From: Pseudomonadota bacterium
Lineage (GTDB): Bacteria > Pseudomonadota > Gammaproteobacteria > UBA4575
Direction of reading: 5' to 3'
Length of the DNA: 64,000 nt
Assembly (NCBI GenBank): GCA_039182865.1
Contig: JBCDBX010000003.1
Span: 1,343-65,342 of the forward strand
Shown: positions 20,433 through 29,470 of the stretch, one piece after another
Layout of the letters: each line of letters starts with the position of its first letter
How positions within the stretch are numbered: the stretch's first letter is position 1
The notes under the pieces: model-generated
What the model was told of the DNA's origin: nothing
What the model saw: only the letters and a program-made list of their open reading frames with translations
The model's database searches: none
Translations under genes and position numbers: made by a program

Positions 20433-21467
20433 TTAGAAATCATCTTTATTCGCGGCCTTGCGTCGTGCTTCTTCTTTACCAATCAGGCCTTTTCCATGAA
20501 TGTCAGCTAAACATTGATCTAATGTCTGCATGCCAACATTTTGGCTGGTTTGGATCGCAGAATACATTTGTGCCACTTTATCTTCACGAATCAAGTTACG
20601 AATTGCAGGTGTTCCTAACATGATTTCATGAGCTGCGATTCTTCCACCACCTATCTTGCGACATAAGGTTTGCGAAATGACAGCACGTAATGATTCCGAT
20701 AACATAGAACGCACCATTGCCTTTTCTGTTGCGGGAAAAACATCGACAATACGATCGATCGTTTTTGCAGCTGAGCTCGTGTGTAATGTTCCAAATACTA
20801 AGTGGCCTGTCTCAGCCGCGGTCAACGCCAAACGAATGGTTTCCAAATCACGTAATTCACCAACGAGAATAGTATCTGGGTCCTCACGTAAGGCAGAGCG
20901 CAATGCTTCATTAAATCCCAAAGTGTCTCGATGTACTTCACGTTGGTTAATTAAGCTTTTTTTACTCTCGTGAATAAATTCAATTGGATCTTCAATTGTC
21001 AGGATATGACCATATTCATTTTCATTCTTATGATCGATCATTGCAGCCAATGTAGTAGACTTTCCCGATCCAGTAGGCCCGGTTACTAATACGATGCCAC
21101 GTGGATAAGTAGAAATCTCACTGAATATTCTTGGGCAGTCGAGTTCTTCTAGCGTGAGAATATTCGTTGGAATAGTTCTGAATACCGCACCAGCTCCACG
21201 ACTTTGGTTAAAAGCGTTAACACGAAATCTTGCTAGTCCAGGAATTTCAAAGGAAAAATCTGTCTCAAGAAATTCTTCATAATCTTTACGTTGCTTGTCA
21301 TTCATGATGTCATACACCATAGAATGCACTTGCTTATGTTCCATCACAGGAACATTGATTCGGCGCACATCCCCGTCAACACGAATCATGGGAGGAACAC
21401 CTGCTGAAAGGTGCAAATCAGATGCACCATTCTTAACTGAGAATGCCAGTAGCTGTGAAATATCCAC
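20433..21467 (-). CDS. pilT: type IV pilus twitching-motility ATPase PilT
   Basis: 344 aa, near-identical in pattern to PilT (MDISQLLAFSVKNGASDLHLSAGVPPMIRVDGDVRRI…GPTGSGKSTTLAAM…AHEIMLGTPAIRNLIREDKVAQMYSAIQT). Confidence 0.97.
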   Translation of the reverse strand: MDISQLLAFSVKNGASDLHLSAGVPPMIRVDGDVRRINVPVMEHKQVHSMVYDIMNDKQRKDYEEFLETDFSFEIPGLARFRVNAFNQSRGAGAVFRTIPTNILTLEELDCPRIFSEISTYPRGIVLVTGPTGSGKSTTLAAMIDHKNENEYGHILTIEDPIEFIHESKKSLINQREVHRDTLGFNEALRSALREDPDTILVGELRDLETIRLALTAAETGHLVFGTLHTSSAAKTIDRIVDVFPATEKAMVRSMLSESLRAVISQTLCRKIGGGRIAAHEIMLGTPAIRNLIREDKVAQMYSAIQTSQNVGMQTLDQCLADIHGKGLIGKEEARRKAANKDDF

Positions 21468-21728
21468 TTAGACTCCTTTCAAATTAGGCTATACAATCCG
21501 ATGTATATCGATTGAGAACTACGCTACTCCTATCTAGGAATCCATTATGTTCTCTACCGTAAGTTAAATCTTTGTCTTACTATATATTGTCCTGAGTTCG
21601 AAGCGCACAGACTTAGGAGTAATATGCGATAAGCCCACTCATTGTAACGATAAACAGACAACCGCCAGAACGCACAAATGCTCATTTTTGACGAATTCAT
21701 CGTATTTTAAAAAAATCACCTCAAAACA

Positions 21729-22424
21729 GTGACATTAGTAGACACCCAACAAAATTTATTGACGATTTTAGATAAGATCAAAAAGCTTGAACTTGATCAC
21801 AATTATGCCCCTAATAAGGTCCGTTTAATTGCCGTTAGCAAAACTCGAAGCGCTAGCGAAATTCGGATGCTTGCGGGATCTGGTCAAGTTGATTTTGGAG
21901 AGAATTATGTTCAAGAAGCCATCGATAAAATATCAGAGTTAACGGATCAAAATATTACATGGCATTTTATTGGTCCTATTCAAAAGAATAAAACTAAGGC
22001 AATTTCGCAACATTTTCATTGGGTGCACACTATCGAGCGAGACATTATTGCAACGCGCTTAAGTGAGCAACGCCCACAAAATTTACCAGCCTTAAATGTT
22101 TGCATACAAATCAACATTGATAATGAAACATCAAAATCTGGAATAACCCCGCATGAGTTACACGCACTAGCTGGGCATATCGATCAACTCCCCAACTTGA
22201 CCTTGCGCGGTTTGATGGCTATTCCTAGTGTCAAAGACAATTACTCAGAACAATGCAAGACTTTTAATAAAATGCAGGATTTACTAGCAGATTTAAAAGA
22301 ACAAGGCTACGATGTGGATACACTCTCGATGGGCATGAGTAATGATTATGAAGCGGCTATTGTCTGTGGCTCAACTATGGTACGTCTAGGTACCGTCATT
22401 TTTGGACCTCGCGCATCGAAATAA
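21729..22424 (+). CDS. yggS: PLP-binding homeostasis protein YggS family
   Basis: GTG start. Has the LIAVSKT PLP-lysine motif and the FGENYVQE and HFIGPIQ.NK motifs. Confidence 0.9.
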   Translation: MTLVDTQQNLLTILDKIKKLELDHNYAPNKVRLIAVSKTRSASEIRMLAGSGQVDFGENYVQEAIDKISELTDQNITWHFIGPIQKNKTKAISQHFHWVHTIERDIIATRLSEQRPQNLPALNVCIQINIDNETSKSGITPHELHALAGHIDQLPNLTLRGLMAIPSVKDNYSEQCKTFNKMQDLLADLKEQGYDVDTLSMGMSNDYEAAIVCGSTMVRLGTVIFGPRASK

Positions 22425-22436
22425 ATACTAAATAAT

Positions 22437-23264
22437 ATGAGTGAAAAGACAATTTTAATAATGGGCGCTGGGAACATGGGCTGTAGCCTTGCAATAGGTT
22501 TAGTCAATAATGACTGGACGTCTTCTCAAATAATGTTTTGTGAATTGAACAATTCGAAACATGTAATATTAGCAGAACAGTTCTCTGAATCGATGATTGT
22601 TAATACACCTCAACAATTGGCAGTTAAACCAGATATCGTGATACTGGCAGTTAAACCACATGATCTGCCTGAAATTTGCAACGATTTAGTAGAATCTGGC
22701 TTAGGTCTAGATACACTATTCATTTCAATTGCTGCCGGCGCACCTATATCAGCATTAAAAAAATTGCTTGGTGAAGACACTGAGATCGTGCGTTGTATGC
22801 CTAATACACCAGCAGGAATTGGTTTGGGAATGACAGGGCTGTACACGTCGGACAAAACATCATTAGAAAATCAAGCATTAGCAGAGACAATCCTGCAAGC
22901 AGTTGGCAAGACTATTTGGGTTGACGAAGAAATAAAACTTGATGCTATCACCGCTTTATCCGGGAGTGGTCCTGCCTACTTATTCTATTTAATGGAAAGC
23001 TTACAAGAAGCAGGACAAACCCTCGGCTTAAATAAAGATGATTGTTACCAATTAGCTCTTCAAACAATGCTTGGAGCTGCTCAACTAGCATCTGAATCTA
23101 ATGAATCATTCGAAGCTTTACGTGCAAATGTCACCTCCAAGGGAGGTACCACTGAACACGCGTTAGATGTATTTGAAAAAAATAATTTTAAGGAAATTAT
23201 CGTGAATGCGCTTCAAGCAGCCTCTAATAGAGCAGCTGAGATTAGTAAGTCATTTGCTAAATAG
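22437..23264 (+). CDS. proC: pyrroline-5-carboxylate reductase
   Basis: Has the N-terminal Rossmann motif GAGNMG and the C-terminal motif VTSKGGTTE. Confidence 0.9.
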   Translation: MSEKTILIMGAGNMGCSLAIGLVNNDWTSSQIMFCELNNSKHVILAEQFSESMIVNTPQQLAVKPDIVILAVKPHDLPEICNDLVESGLGLDTLFISIAAGAPISALKKLLGEDTEIVRCMPNTPAGIGLGMTGLYTSDKTSLENQALAETILQAVGKTIWVDEEIKLDAITALSGSGPAYLFYLMESLQEAGQTLGLNKDDCYQLALQTMLGAAQLASESNESFEALRANVTSKGGTTEHALDVFEKNNFKEIIVNALQAASNRAAEISKSFAK

Positions 23265-23266
23265 TT

Positions 23267-23815
23267 ATGGACGCTGCCAGCAATATATTCACTTTTTTGA
23301 TTAGCACACTATTTTCGCTTTATATCGGTGCCGTATTGATACGCATTATACTCGCTGCAACACGTGCAGACTTTTATAACCCCATATCTCAGTTTATCGT
23401 CACAATAACTAATCCAACCTTAATACCTTTACGTAAAATCTTGCCTAGTATAGGAAAAATAGATACCGCTAGTTGGACTCTCGCATTCTTATTAAAAATC
23501 TTAGAACTGTTTATTTTACTTTCCATCAAAAGCATAAAAGTCAGCCCTGATGTGTTGATTATCTCTGCGATTTTACAAGTATTAATCATCCTCGTGACAA
23601 TATTTCTTTACGCAGTATTATTCCGAGCCATTCTTAGCTGGTTCCCTAGCCCACAAATGTATCAGAATCCTTTATTCATGATTTTAACCTCGATTACGGA
23701 GCCTCTTTTGCGACCAGCTCGGCGCATCATCCCGCCTGTAGGCGCATTTGATCTGTCAGCATTAGCCATTATTCTTGTTTTATATTCGATTTTAATTGCA
23801 CTGCGCTCTTTTTGA
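23267..23815 (+). CDS. yggT: YggT family membrane protein
   Basis: 182-aa polytopic membrane protein with duplicated YGGT-type halves. It follows proC in the conserved yggS-proC-yggT order. Confidence 0.8.
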   Translation: MDAASNIFTFLISTLFSLYIGAVLIRIILAATRADFYNPISQFIVTITNPTLIPLRKILPSIGKIDTASWTLAFLLKILELFILLSIKSIKVSPDVLIISAILQVLIILVTIFLYAVLFRAILSWFPSPQMYQNPLFMILTSITEPLLRPARRIIPPVGAFDLSALAIILVLYSILIALRSF

Positions 23816-24134
23816 TTAAAGACATTGCAACACTCTCTTAATGCAATTCATTAAGAACGCTGATATTTTTATATTAACGATTTTTTCTTATTCTTTTTTT
23901 GATTTTCTAAATTCTTTAAATGCTTTACAAATAAATCACTACTTGTTTAGAATATACTTAAATACAAGGATAAATTGGCATTCACTAAATCCTTGTGTAC
24001 AATCACACGCACTTAAATAATAATAAAGTTTCAGCACTATTAACTGACCCTTGTGATTGAGATTTGCTCTTAGTGAACATGAAACAAACGTCTTAAAACT
24101 AATTTACTTACCAACCTACTTTGAGGAAAAATTC

Positions 24135-24467
24135 ATGGCCGTAAAGAAAAAAGCTGCAGCCGCAAAAAAACCACCTACTAAATCTGAGATCCTAAATTCT
24201 ATTGCTCAAGATACTGGATTGACTCGCAAAGATGTTGCTTCGGTTTTCACTTCTTTAGAAGGAATCATTGCTAAAGAGATGAAACCAAGAGGTTCTGGAT
24301 TATTTAATCTGGTTGGACTTTGCAAAATGAAGGTTGTTAAAAAGCCGGCGACAAAAGCACGTAAAGGTATCAATCCATTTACTGGCGAAGAGACTATTTT
24401 CAAAGCAAAACCTGCACGCAAAGTTGTAAAAGTCTTGCCTCTTAAAGGCTTAAAGGACATGGTCTAA
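24135..24467 (+). CDS. HU/IHF-family DNA-binding protein with a Lys/Ala-rich N-terminal tail
   Basis: Start is placed at ATG 24135, with GAGGAAAA upstream. The tail MAVKKKAAAAKKPPTKSE is followed by an HU fold (…LTRKDVASVF..L..II…RKGINPFTGEE..F.AKPA.KVVKV.PLK.LKD). Confidence 0.8.
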   Translation: MAVKKKAAAAKKPPTKSEILNSIAQDTGLTRKDVASVFTSLEGIIAKEMKPRGSGLFNLVGLCKMKVVKKPATKARKGINPFTGEETIFKAKPARKVVKVLPLKGLKDMV

Positions 24468-24480
24468 ACACATATATGTC

Positions 24481-24507
24481 TCGAGGCTTGTATTAAGCAA
24501 GCCTCGA
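24481..24507. terminator. bidirectional hairpin between convergent genes
   Basis: 10-bp perfect inverted repeat TCGAGGCTTG / CAAGCCTCGA with a 7-nt loop. It lies between the HU-like gene stop (24467) and the TerB-like gene stop (24562). Confidence 0.65.
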
Positions 24508-24561
24508 AATATTATGCTTGAATGGCTATTAACTTACTGAAATATCGAATATTTTCAGATT

Positions 24562-25026
24562 TTAGTCTTGTGACAGACCTAACTCATCCATAATTTTATA
24601 CTTCACACGAATAAACTCGGAGTGTGACAAATATAGCCAATCAGCAATCTTTCGTATCCGCTGCTCTTCATATTTATCTAAAACTTTATCGGTAAAAGCT
24701 ACTCTCCATAATCCGGCCAATAAATTTAATTTCTCGTCGGGCTTTAACTCTTCATTTAACAAACAAATAAACGGATGTGCTGAAGTGTAGTCTTCACGCT
24801 TTTCCATCCCATGTTGCAAAACACTTTTTGCTTCTTGTTCAGACAGAGAGAATTGCTCGACTAATATCCCAATTATGGTTTGCTGCTCAGCCTGAGATAT
24901 ATCGTAGTCGGCAAAACTTACTTCCAATAACAACATTGCAGCCGCCAACTGTGTCGTATGCTCGGATTCTTCTGATTGCTCAATATTTAGGCTTGATTCT
25001 AGCCATTGCTGAATTTTTGTAAACAT
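24562..25026 (-). CDS. TerB-like (tellurite-resistance TerB fold) protein
   Basis: 154 aa, helical and acidic. The pattern LAAAMLLLEVSFADYDIS..E...I…LWRVAFTDKVLDKYEE..IRKIADWL is typical of the TerB family. Confidence 0.6.
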   Translation of the reverse strand: MFTKIQQWLESSLNIEQSEESEHTTQLAAAMLLLEVSFADYDISQAEQQTIIGILVEQFSLSEQEAKSVLQHGMEKREDYTSAHPFICLLNEELKPDEKLNLLAGLWRVAFTDKVLDKYEEQRIRKIADWLYLSHSEFIRVKYKIMDELGLSQD

Positions 25027-25027
25027 A

Positions 25028-25342
25028 CTATTGCTTCATTGCGAGAATGTAACGGCCATCATCATAATCAGTAAAGAAAACTTCAACTAATGGATGTTGG
25101 ATCATTGATGTGTTTTTTGATGACTCTAAATGGCGCTCTGCAACATAAGTAGTCTGATCTGAACCATCAACCAATATGTGATACCAAGGAGCTCTTTTCG
25201 GAGGACGTGATTTAGCAACTTGCTCATACCAGGCATCACTACCATTAAACTGTGCATCTGCATCGTATATAACACCACGATAACCAAATTTTTTATGATC
25301 AATAATTTGGCCAGGATGATACTTAAGAATATGTTCCGTCAT
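25028..25342 (-). CDS. hspQ: heat-shock protein HspQ (YccV, hemimethylated-DNA-binding family)
   Basis: Start is placed at the internal Met (MTEHILKYHPGQIIDHKKFGYRGVIYD.D…PWYHILVD…YVAE..L), giving 104 aa. The upstream 47 codons of the ORF-track entry look non-coding. Confidence 0.8.
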   Translation of the reverse strand: MTEHILKYHPGQIIDHKKFGYRGVIYDADAQFNGSDAWYEQVAKSRPPKRAPWYHILVDGSDQTTYVAERHLESSKNTSMIQHPLVEVFFTDYDDGRYILAMKQ

Positions 25343-25397
25343 GTAAACTCTTCCATTGGGTTCTAATGGGTTATATCGCCTCAATTGTGAGCATGTT

Positions 25398-25742
25398 ATG
25401 CTCATGCGAGATATTACTACGAATACAGACCAATCTGACAAATTTATGTCGTCCGATACACAAGCAAGCAAAGAACAACGCACCTTACTTGTGATGCGTA
25501 AACTACTCGCATCAATTGTACGCGAAAGTACTCCAAAGCCCGGTATGAGACATGTTCTGAGCGAAAATACACGTAATGATATCCGTATGGCTTTTGAGCT
25601 AATTTCAGCACGTGAACGTGAACTTGCTGAAGATGCAGGGATTGAAATTAAAGAGCGACCACGTTACCCAGATCAACCCAAGACGTCATCAGTGATCTCA
25701 ATTGACTCACTCAAAAATAAGCCACCCACTTCAGACACATAA
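25398..25742 (+). CDS. hypothetical hydrophilic protein (start uncertain: 25356, 25398, 25404 or 25446)
   Basis: The ORF ends 3 nt before the start of the next gene. I recognise no motif. It is probably co-translated with the DUF2384-like gene. Confidence 0.45.
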   Translation: MLMRDITTNTDQSDKFMSSDTQASKEQRTLLVMRKLLASIVRESTPKPGMRHVLSENTRNDIRMAFELISARERELAEDAGIEIKERPRYPDQPKTSSVISIDSLKNKPPTSDT

Positions 25743-25745
25743 ACT

Positions 25746-26132
25746 ATGTCTAACGAGACTAATGAGGTCGTCATTACTAAAATGACCATGCAGTTGATGG
25801 ATGATTGGGGATTAGAACCTAGACAAATTATTACCTTACTTGCATTGCCCTCAAGTGTACGAACAAGACATTTAGAAAAGTTCAGAAATGGCGATGCTTT
25901 TCCAGCTAACAAAGCGACCATGATCAGAATAGAGCATATAGCTGGTATTGCTGATGCACTAAGAACAACCTACCCACGAAATATGCATATGGCCTCACGC
26001 TGGTTACGTACCCCTCATAGAAGATTCAAGAATCAAACCCCTATTGAAACAATGCTAGAAAGTGAAACAGGATTATTATCGGTGCGTTCAGAATTAGATT
26101 GCGCTTACGCATGGGACCGTTCAGGATCATAA
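25746..26132 (+). CDS. DUF2384 / Xre-MbcA-ParS-type antitoxin-like C-terminal domain protein
   Basis: The C-terminal pattern ASRWLRTPHRRFKNQTPIETMLESETGLLSVRSELD fits the W-x2-P-x6-P-x3-L-x4-G-x3-V signature of the toxin-binding domain of ParS/MbcA antitoxins. Confidence 0.55.
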   Translation: MSNETNEVVITKMTMQLMDDWGLEPRQIITLLALPSSVRTRHLEKFRNGDAFPANKATMIRIEHIAGIADALRTTYPRNMHMASRWLRTPHRRFKNQTPIETMLESETGLLSVRSELDCAYAWDRSGS

Positions 26133-26205
26133 ATACAACACTTGCATGGGCACATTAAAAGCTTTATAAAATTTCCTAGATATAAGACTTAAGCAGAGAA
26201 CGGAA

Positions 26206-26622
26206 ATGTTGAGACTCGAAGACATCAAAGTCACCTTAGACCCGAGTATTGAGATCACTCCGGAAAATAAATGTGGCTTTTGTACTAATACTATTTGTTG
26301 CACTTATGTGACACATCCAATTGATACTCCCAGAAGCAAAGAGGATTTTGAATACTTACTCTGGCAAGTCTCGCATGAAAACATTGAGATTTATCAAGAT
26401 GATGAGGGCTGGTGCATGCTAGTGACTGGGAAATGTGCCCATGTTCAACCAGATGGCATGTGTGGCATATATGAGGCACGACCACAGATCTGTCGTGACC
26501 ATACCAATGATTATTGCGAGTTTGATTCACCTTCAGAAGAAGGCTTCGAGTTGTATTTTAGAAACTACGAAGAACTACTGAACTACTGCAAAAAACGATT
26601 TAAGCACTGGAAACGTGGGTAA
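26206..26622 (+). CDS. YkgJ-family cysteine-cluster (Zn/Fe-binding) protein
   Basis: Has CGFCTNTICC near the N-terminus plus later CAH…CGIY..RP.ICRD, which is typical of the UPF0153/CxxCxxCC family. Confidence 0.6.
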   Translation: MLRLEDIKVTLDPSIEITPENKCGFCTNTICCTYVTHPIDTPRSKEDFEYLLWQVSHENIEIYQDDEGWCMLVTGKCAHVQPDGMCGIYEARPQICRDHTNDYCEFDSPSEEGFELYFRNYEELLNYCKKRFKHWKRG

Positions 26623-26633
26623 AAACTCAGGCG

Positions 26634-27329
26634 TTAATTAATTTTATTCATTAACTCATTTTTATCTACAATCTCATCGAAACCATTAATTCCCACGAAA
26701 TGTTGAGTATCTTGCTCTGGTAGACTCTTATCCGGTCGACCTACTGAGAGTAAATATTCGATACCATGACGGTCCGCGGCTTGTAATACAGCAATATTAT
26801 CGTCGATTAATAAGGAACTTTCTGGGGAATGATTTTCATCTTCAGACAATATCGGCCAAAAATCATCAGCTTCCTTAGCATGCCCATATGTATGTGAAGA
26901 TATAATTCTATCGAATAAATTTTCTATCCCTGTTTTATCCATTTTAATCTTCACACTATCTAAATGCGCATTAGTAAGCAGCACAGAGCGTTTATTATTA
27001 TTTCTTAACCATCGTAAAAACTCGGTGACTAGTGGAAATAGAACGATTCGATCTACAATATCCCGCTTTAATTCCACAATGTTTAAATCAAGCTGTTCCG
27101 ACCAATAATCCGTGCAATACCAATTTAAACTGCCTCTTTTACTTTTGTATTTAGCCAATAATTCGGATTTGGCTTGTAGAAAATTAATTTCACGGGATTT
27201 ACTGTATATTAATGGCACATATTCATGCCAAAAATAATTGTCGAAGGCCAAATCCATTAAGGTGCCATCCATATCTAAAAATACCGTTTCGATCCGTGCC
27301 CAATCCAGATCATTCATTTTATTTGCCAT
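26634..27329 (-). CDS. HAD-superfamily hydrolase (YrfG-like nucleotidase)
   Basis: Has the HAD motif I FLDMDGTL, the motif II LLTNA, and the C-terminal LLIDDN. Confidence 0.7.
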   Translation of the reverse strand: MANKMNDLDWARIETVFLDMDGTLMDLAFDNYFWHEYVPLIYSKSREINFLQAKSELLAKYKSKRGSLNWYCTDYWSEQLDLNIVELKRDIVDRIVLFPLVTEFLRWLRNNNKRSVLLTNAHLDSVKIKMDKTGIENLFDRIISSHTYGHAKEADDFWPILSEDENHSPESSLLIDDNIAVLQAADRHGIEYLLSVGRPDKSLPEQDTQHFVGINGFDEIVDKNELMNKIN

Positions 27330-27374
27330 TAAACTTTCTTCGCGTTCTGTATTGAGTCCAATTAAACTATTGTT

Positions 27375-28178
27375 ATGTATAGCGATGACGAGTTAAAAAA
27401 ACTAGTCCATGATGTAAACGAAATTGCTCGTGGAGCAGGCACTATTATACGACGATATTTTAATTCAGATTTTGAAATCACTATAAAGGGAGATCGCTCA
27501 CCTGTAACTTCAGCAGATTTAGCTGCAAATGAATTTATTGAGCGCAAATTGGAGTCTCTCACGCCTGAAATACCGAGATTAACAGAGGAATCAACGATGA
27601 CTCCTTACGAATTTCGGAAAGACTGGCAACTACTTTGGTTAGTTGACCCGCTCGATGGAACACGACAGTTCATAAAAAATAAGCCGGATTTCACTGTCAA
27701 TATTTCACTGATCTACTTACAAAAGCCAGTGATTGGCAGTATATATTTACCTATTGCTGATGAACTCTATTTTGCTTCAAGAAATTCTGGTGCATTTACA
27801 CAAAAACAATCTGCGCAAATTAAAGCCATCAGCGTGAAAAATCAAATAGGAGAAATGGTCCGCATCTGTGGTAATCGTGATGGTCATGGTAAATCGACTA
27901 AGCATTTTATTAGCCATATTCCTAACTATGACTTTGTCAGCCGAGGAAGTTCTATCAAATCCTGTTTAATAGCGGAAGGCAGCGCAGATATTTATCCGCG
28001 CTTTGGCCCGACCTGGGAATGGGATACTGCAGCTGCACAATGCATTCTTGAAGAAGCCGAAGGCTTCCTGACAGACACTAATATGCAGCCACTGATTTAT
28101 AATAAAGAATCGCTGCTAAATCCATCATTCCTTGCATTCGGGGATAAAAACGTCAGCTGGCAAAAATTTTGTCCGTAA
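27375..28178 (+). CDS. cysQ: 3'(2'),5'-bisphosphate nucleotidase CysQ
   Basis: Has the inositol-monophosphatase-family motifs LTEES, WLVDPLDGT and WDTAAAQ. Confidence 0.85.
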   Translation: MYSDDELKKLVHDVNEIARGAGTIIRRYFNSDFEITIKGDRSPVTSADLAANEFIERKLESLTPEIPRLTEESTMTPYEFRKDWQLLWLVDPLDGTRQFIKNKPDFTVNISLIYLQKPVIGSIYLPIADELYFASRNSGAFTQKQSAQIKAISVKNQIGEMVRICGNRDGHGKSTKHFISHIPNYDFVSRGSSIKSCLIAEGSADIYPRFGPTWEWDTAAAQCILEEAEGFLTDTNMQPLIYNKESLLNPSFLAFGDKNVSWQKFCP

Positions 28179-29029
28179 ATATGCTCTTTTTAAAAGTTAT
28201 ATCTAAGCTTGCACCTTCTGTTATTTATAGTATTTCTGACATTGCAGCGTTTATTTTATTTCATATAGTGCGTTACCGAAGAACCATCAGCTATCAAAAC
28301 ATCAGTCGTTCTTTTCCTAATAAATCTAAGTCTGAAATATTAGAAATTCAAAGAAATGCATACCGCTATCTTACTGATACGTTTCTAGAGATATGTAAAG
28401 AATATAGCCAAACCCAAGAAGATCTAGCTTCCAGAGTTACATTTGAAAATTTTTCAGAAATTAAAAAAGCAATTGATAATAACCAGAAACTAATATTTCT
28501 AACAGGTCATACAGGACCTATTGAATGGATTGGCCACGCAGCTTCTGTTTACCTTGGAATCCCCATTGACCCAGTCTACAAACCAAGTCATAACAAAGCA
28601 ATAGATAGATTTATTTTTGCGATTCGTTCACGCTACCAAGCAACACCAATTCCCTATAAAACATTAGCCAAAGATATTATCCTGCGTAAAAATGTGACTC
28701 GATGCATTGCTATTCTGGCGGATTTAGAACCACGCTCACGAGATCAAGCAGTCGAAATTGATTTTCTCAGCCAAAAAACACGATTTTTTCTCGGCCCTGA
28801 ACGTATGGCAAAAATTTCAAATATGCCGGTATATTTTGTCGCTATCAAAAACACTAAACGAGGAAAGTATTCTGCTACTGCTCATCTTATTAGCATGAAC
28901 CCAAAAGAACTAGAACCTGAAGTATTGACTCGCAAGTTTGCGATGTGCATGGAAGAACTTATTATTGAGAATCCTGCAGCATGGTTATGGACTCACAGAC
29001 GTTGGAAAAATAAGCGTACTAAAGCTTAG
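28169..29029 (+). CDS. lysophospholipid/lipid A-type acyltransferase (LpxL/HtrB family)
   Basis: 286 aa with an N-terminal membrane anchor. The overall pattern resembles late lipid A acyltransferases, ending …ENPAAWLWTHRRWK. It overlaps the cysQ stop by 10 nt. Confidence 0.65.
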   Translation: MSVNMLFLKVISKLAPSVIYSISDIAAFILFHIVRYRRTISYQNISRSFPNKSKSEILEIQRNAYRYLTDTFLEICKEYSQTQEDLASRVTFENFSEIKKAIDNNQKLIFLTGHTGPIEWIGHAASVYLGIPIDPVYKPSHNKAIDRFIFAIRSRYQATPIPYKTLAKDIILRKNVTRCIAILADLEPRSRDQAVEIDFLSQKTRFFLGPERMAKISNMPVYFVAIKNTKRGKYSATAHLISMNPKELEPEVLTRKFAMCMEELIIENPAAWLWTHRRWKNKRTKA

Positions 29030-29035
29030 GATAAG

Positions 29036-29470
29036 TTAAGGTTCAAAATTTGGTAGGCCGCCATCGACATACCATCGTCCTGTCTCCTCGTCCTGCCACC
29101 ATAATTGCTGATCTTTTAAAGTTTTTACATCATTGATGCGTTCGTGATAATAAGTAATCTCAGCAACGACGACAGCCTCATCACCCTCTTCTGAAAGGAC
29201 TAAAGAATCAATTTCATACTTGGTCACTTTGATTTCAGAAAGAAATTTCATATCAGGCTCAGGCAAGTCTATTTCTCTTGGACGATTATACTCGGTGGCA
29301 TCATCAAACGCTCTCCAACGAATTAATTTTCCATATGACTTAGCATGTGTATTGAATTCATCGACTTCTTTAGCTTTACTATTCATGCAGCCGGATAGGC
29401 TAAAGTTAGCTAATAATACAATTAAGATTGATACAATTATTTTCATCTTCTTAGCTCGCATAGTTTTCAT
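29036..29470 (-). CDS. lipoprotein of unknown function
   Basis: The signal peptide ends in the lipobox LSGC (…IVLLANFSLSGC). Alternative starts at 29461 or 29446 would remove the overlap with aas. Confidence 0.6.
   Translation of the reverse strand: MKTMRAKKMKIIVSILIVLLANFSLSGCMNSKAKEVDEFNTHAKSYGKLIRWRAFDDATEYNRPREIDLPEPDMKFLSEIKVTKYEIDSLVLSEEGDEAVVVAEITYYHERINDVKTLKDQQLWWQDEETGRWYVDGGLPNFEP

Noticed and set aside
25343-25483. N-terminal 47-codon extension of the hspQ ORF
   Set aside because: HspQ family proteins are about 105 aa and begin near MTEHILK…. The extension has no homology-like character and would overlap the divergent upstream gene. Similar over-extended ORF-track starts were trimmed for pilH, cti, the HU-like gene, the SDR, gshB and the LysR regulator.
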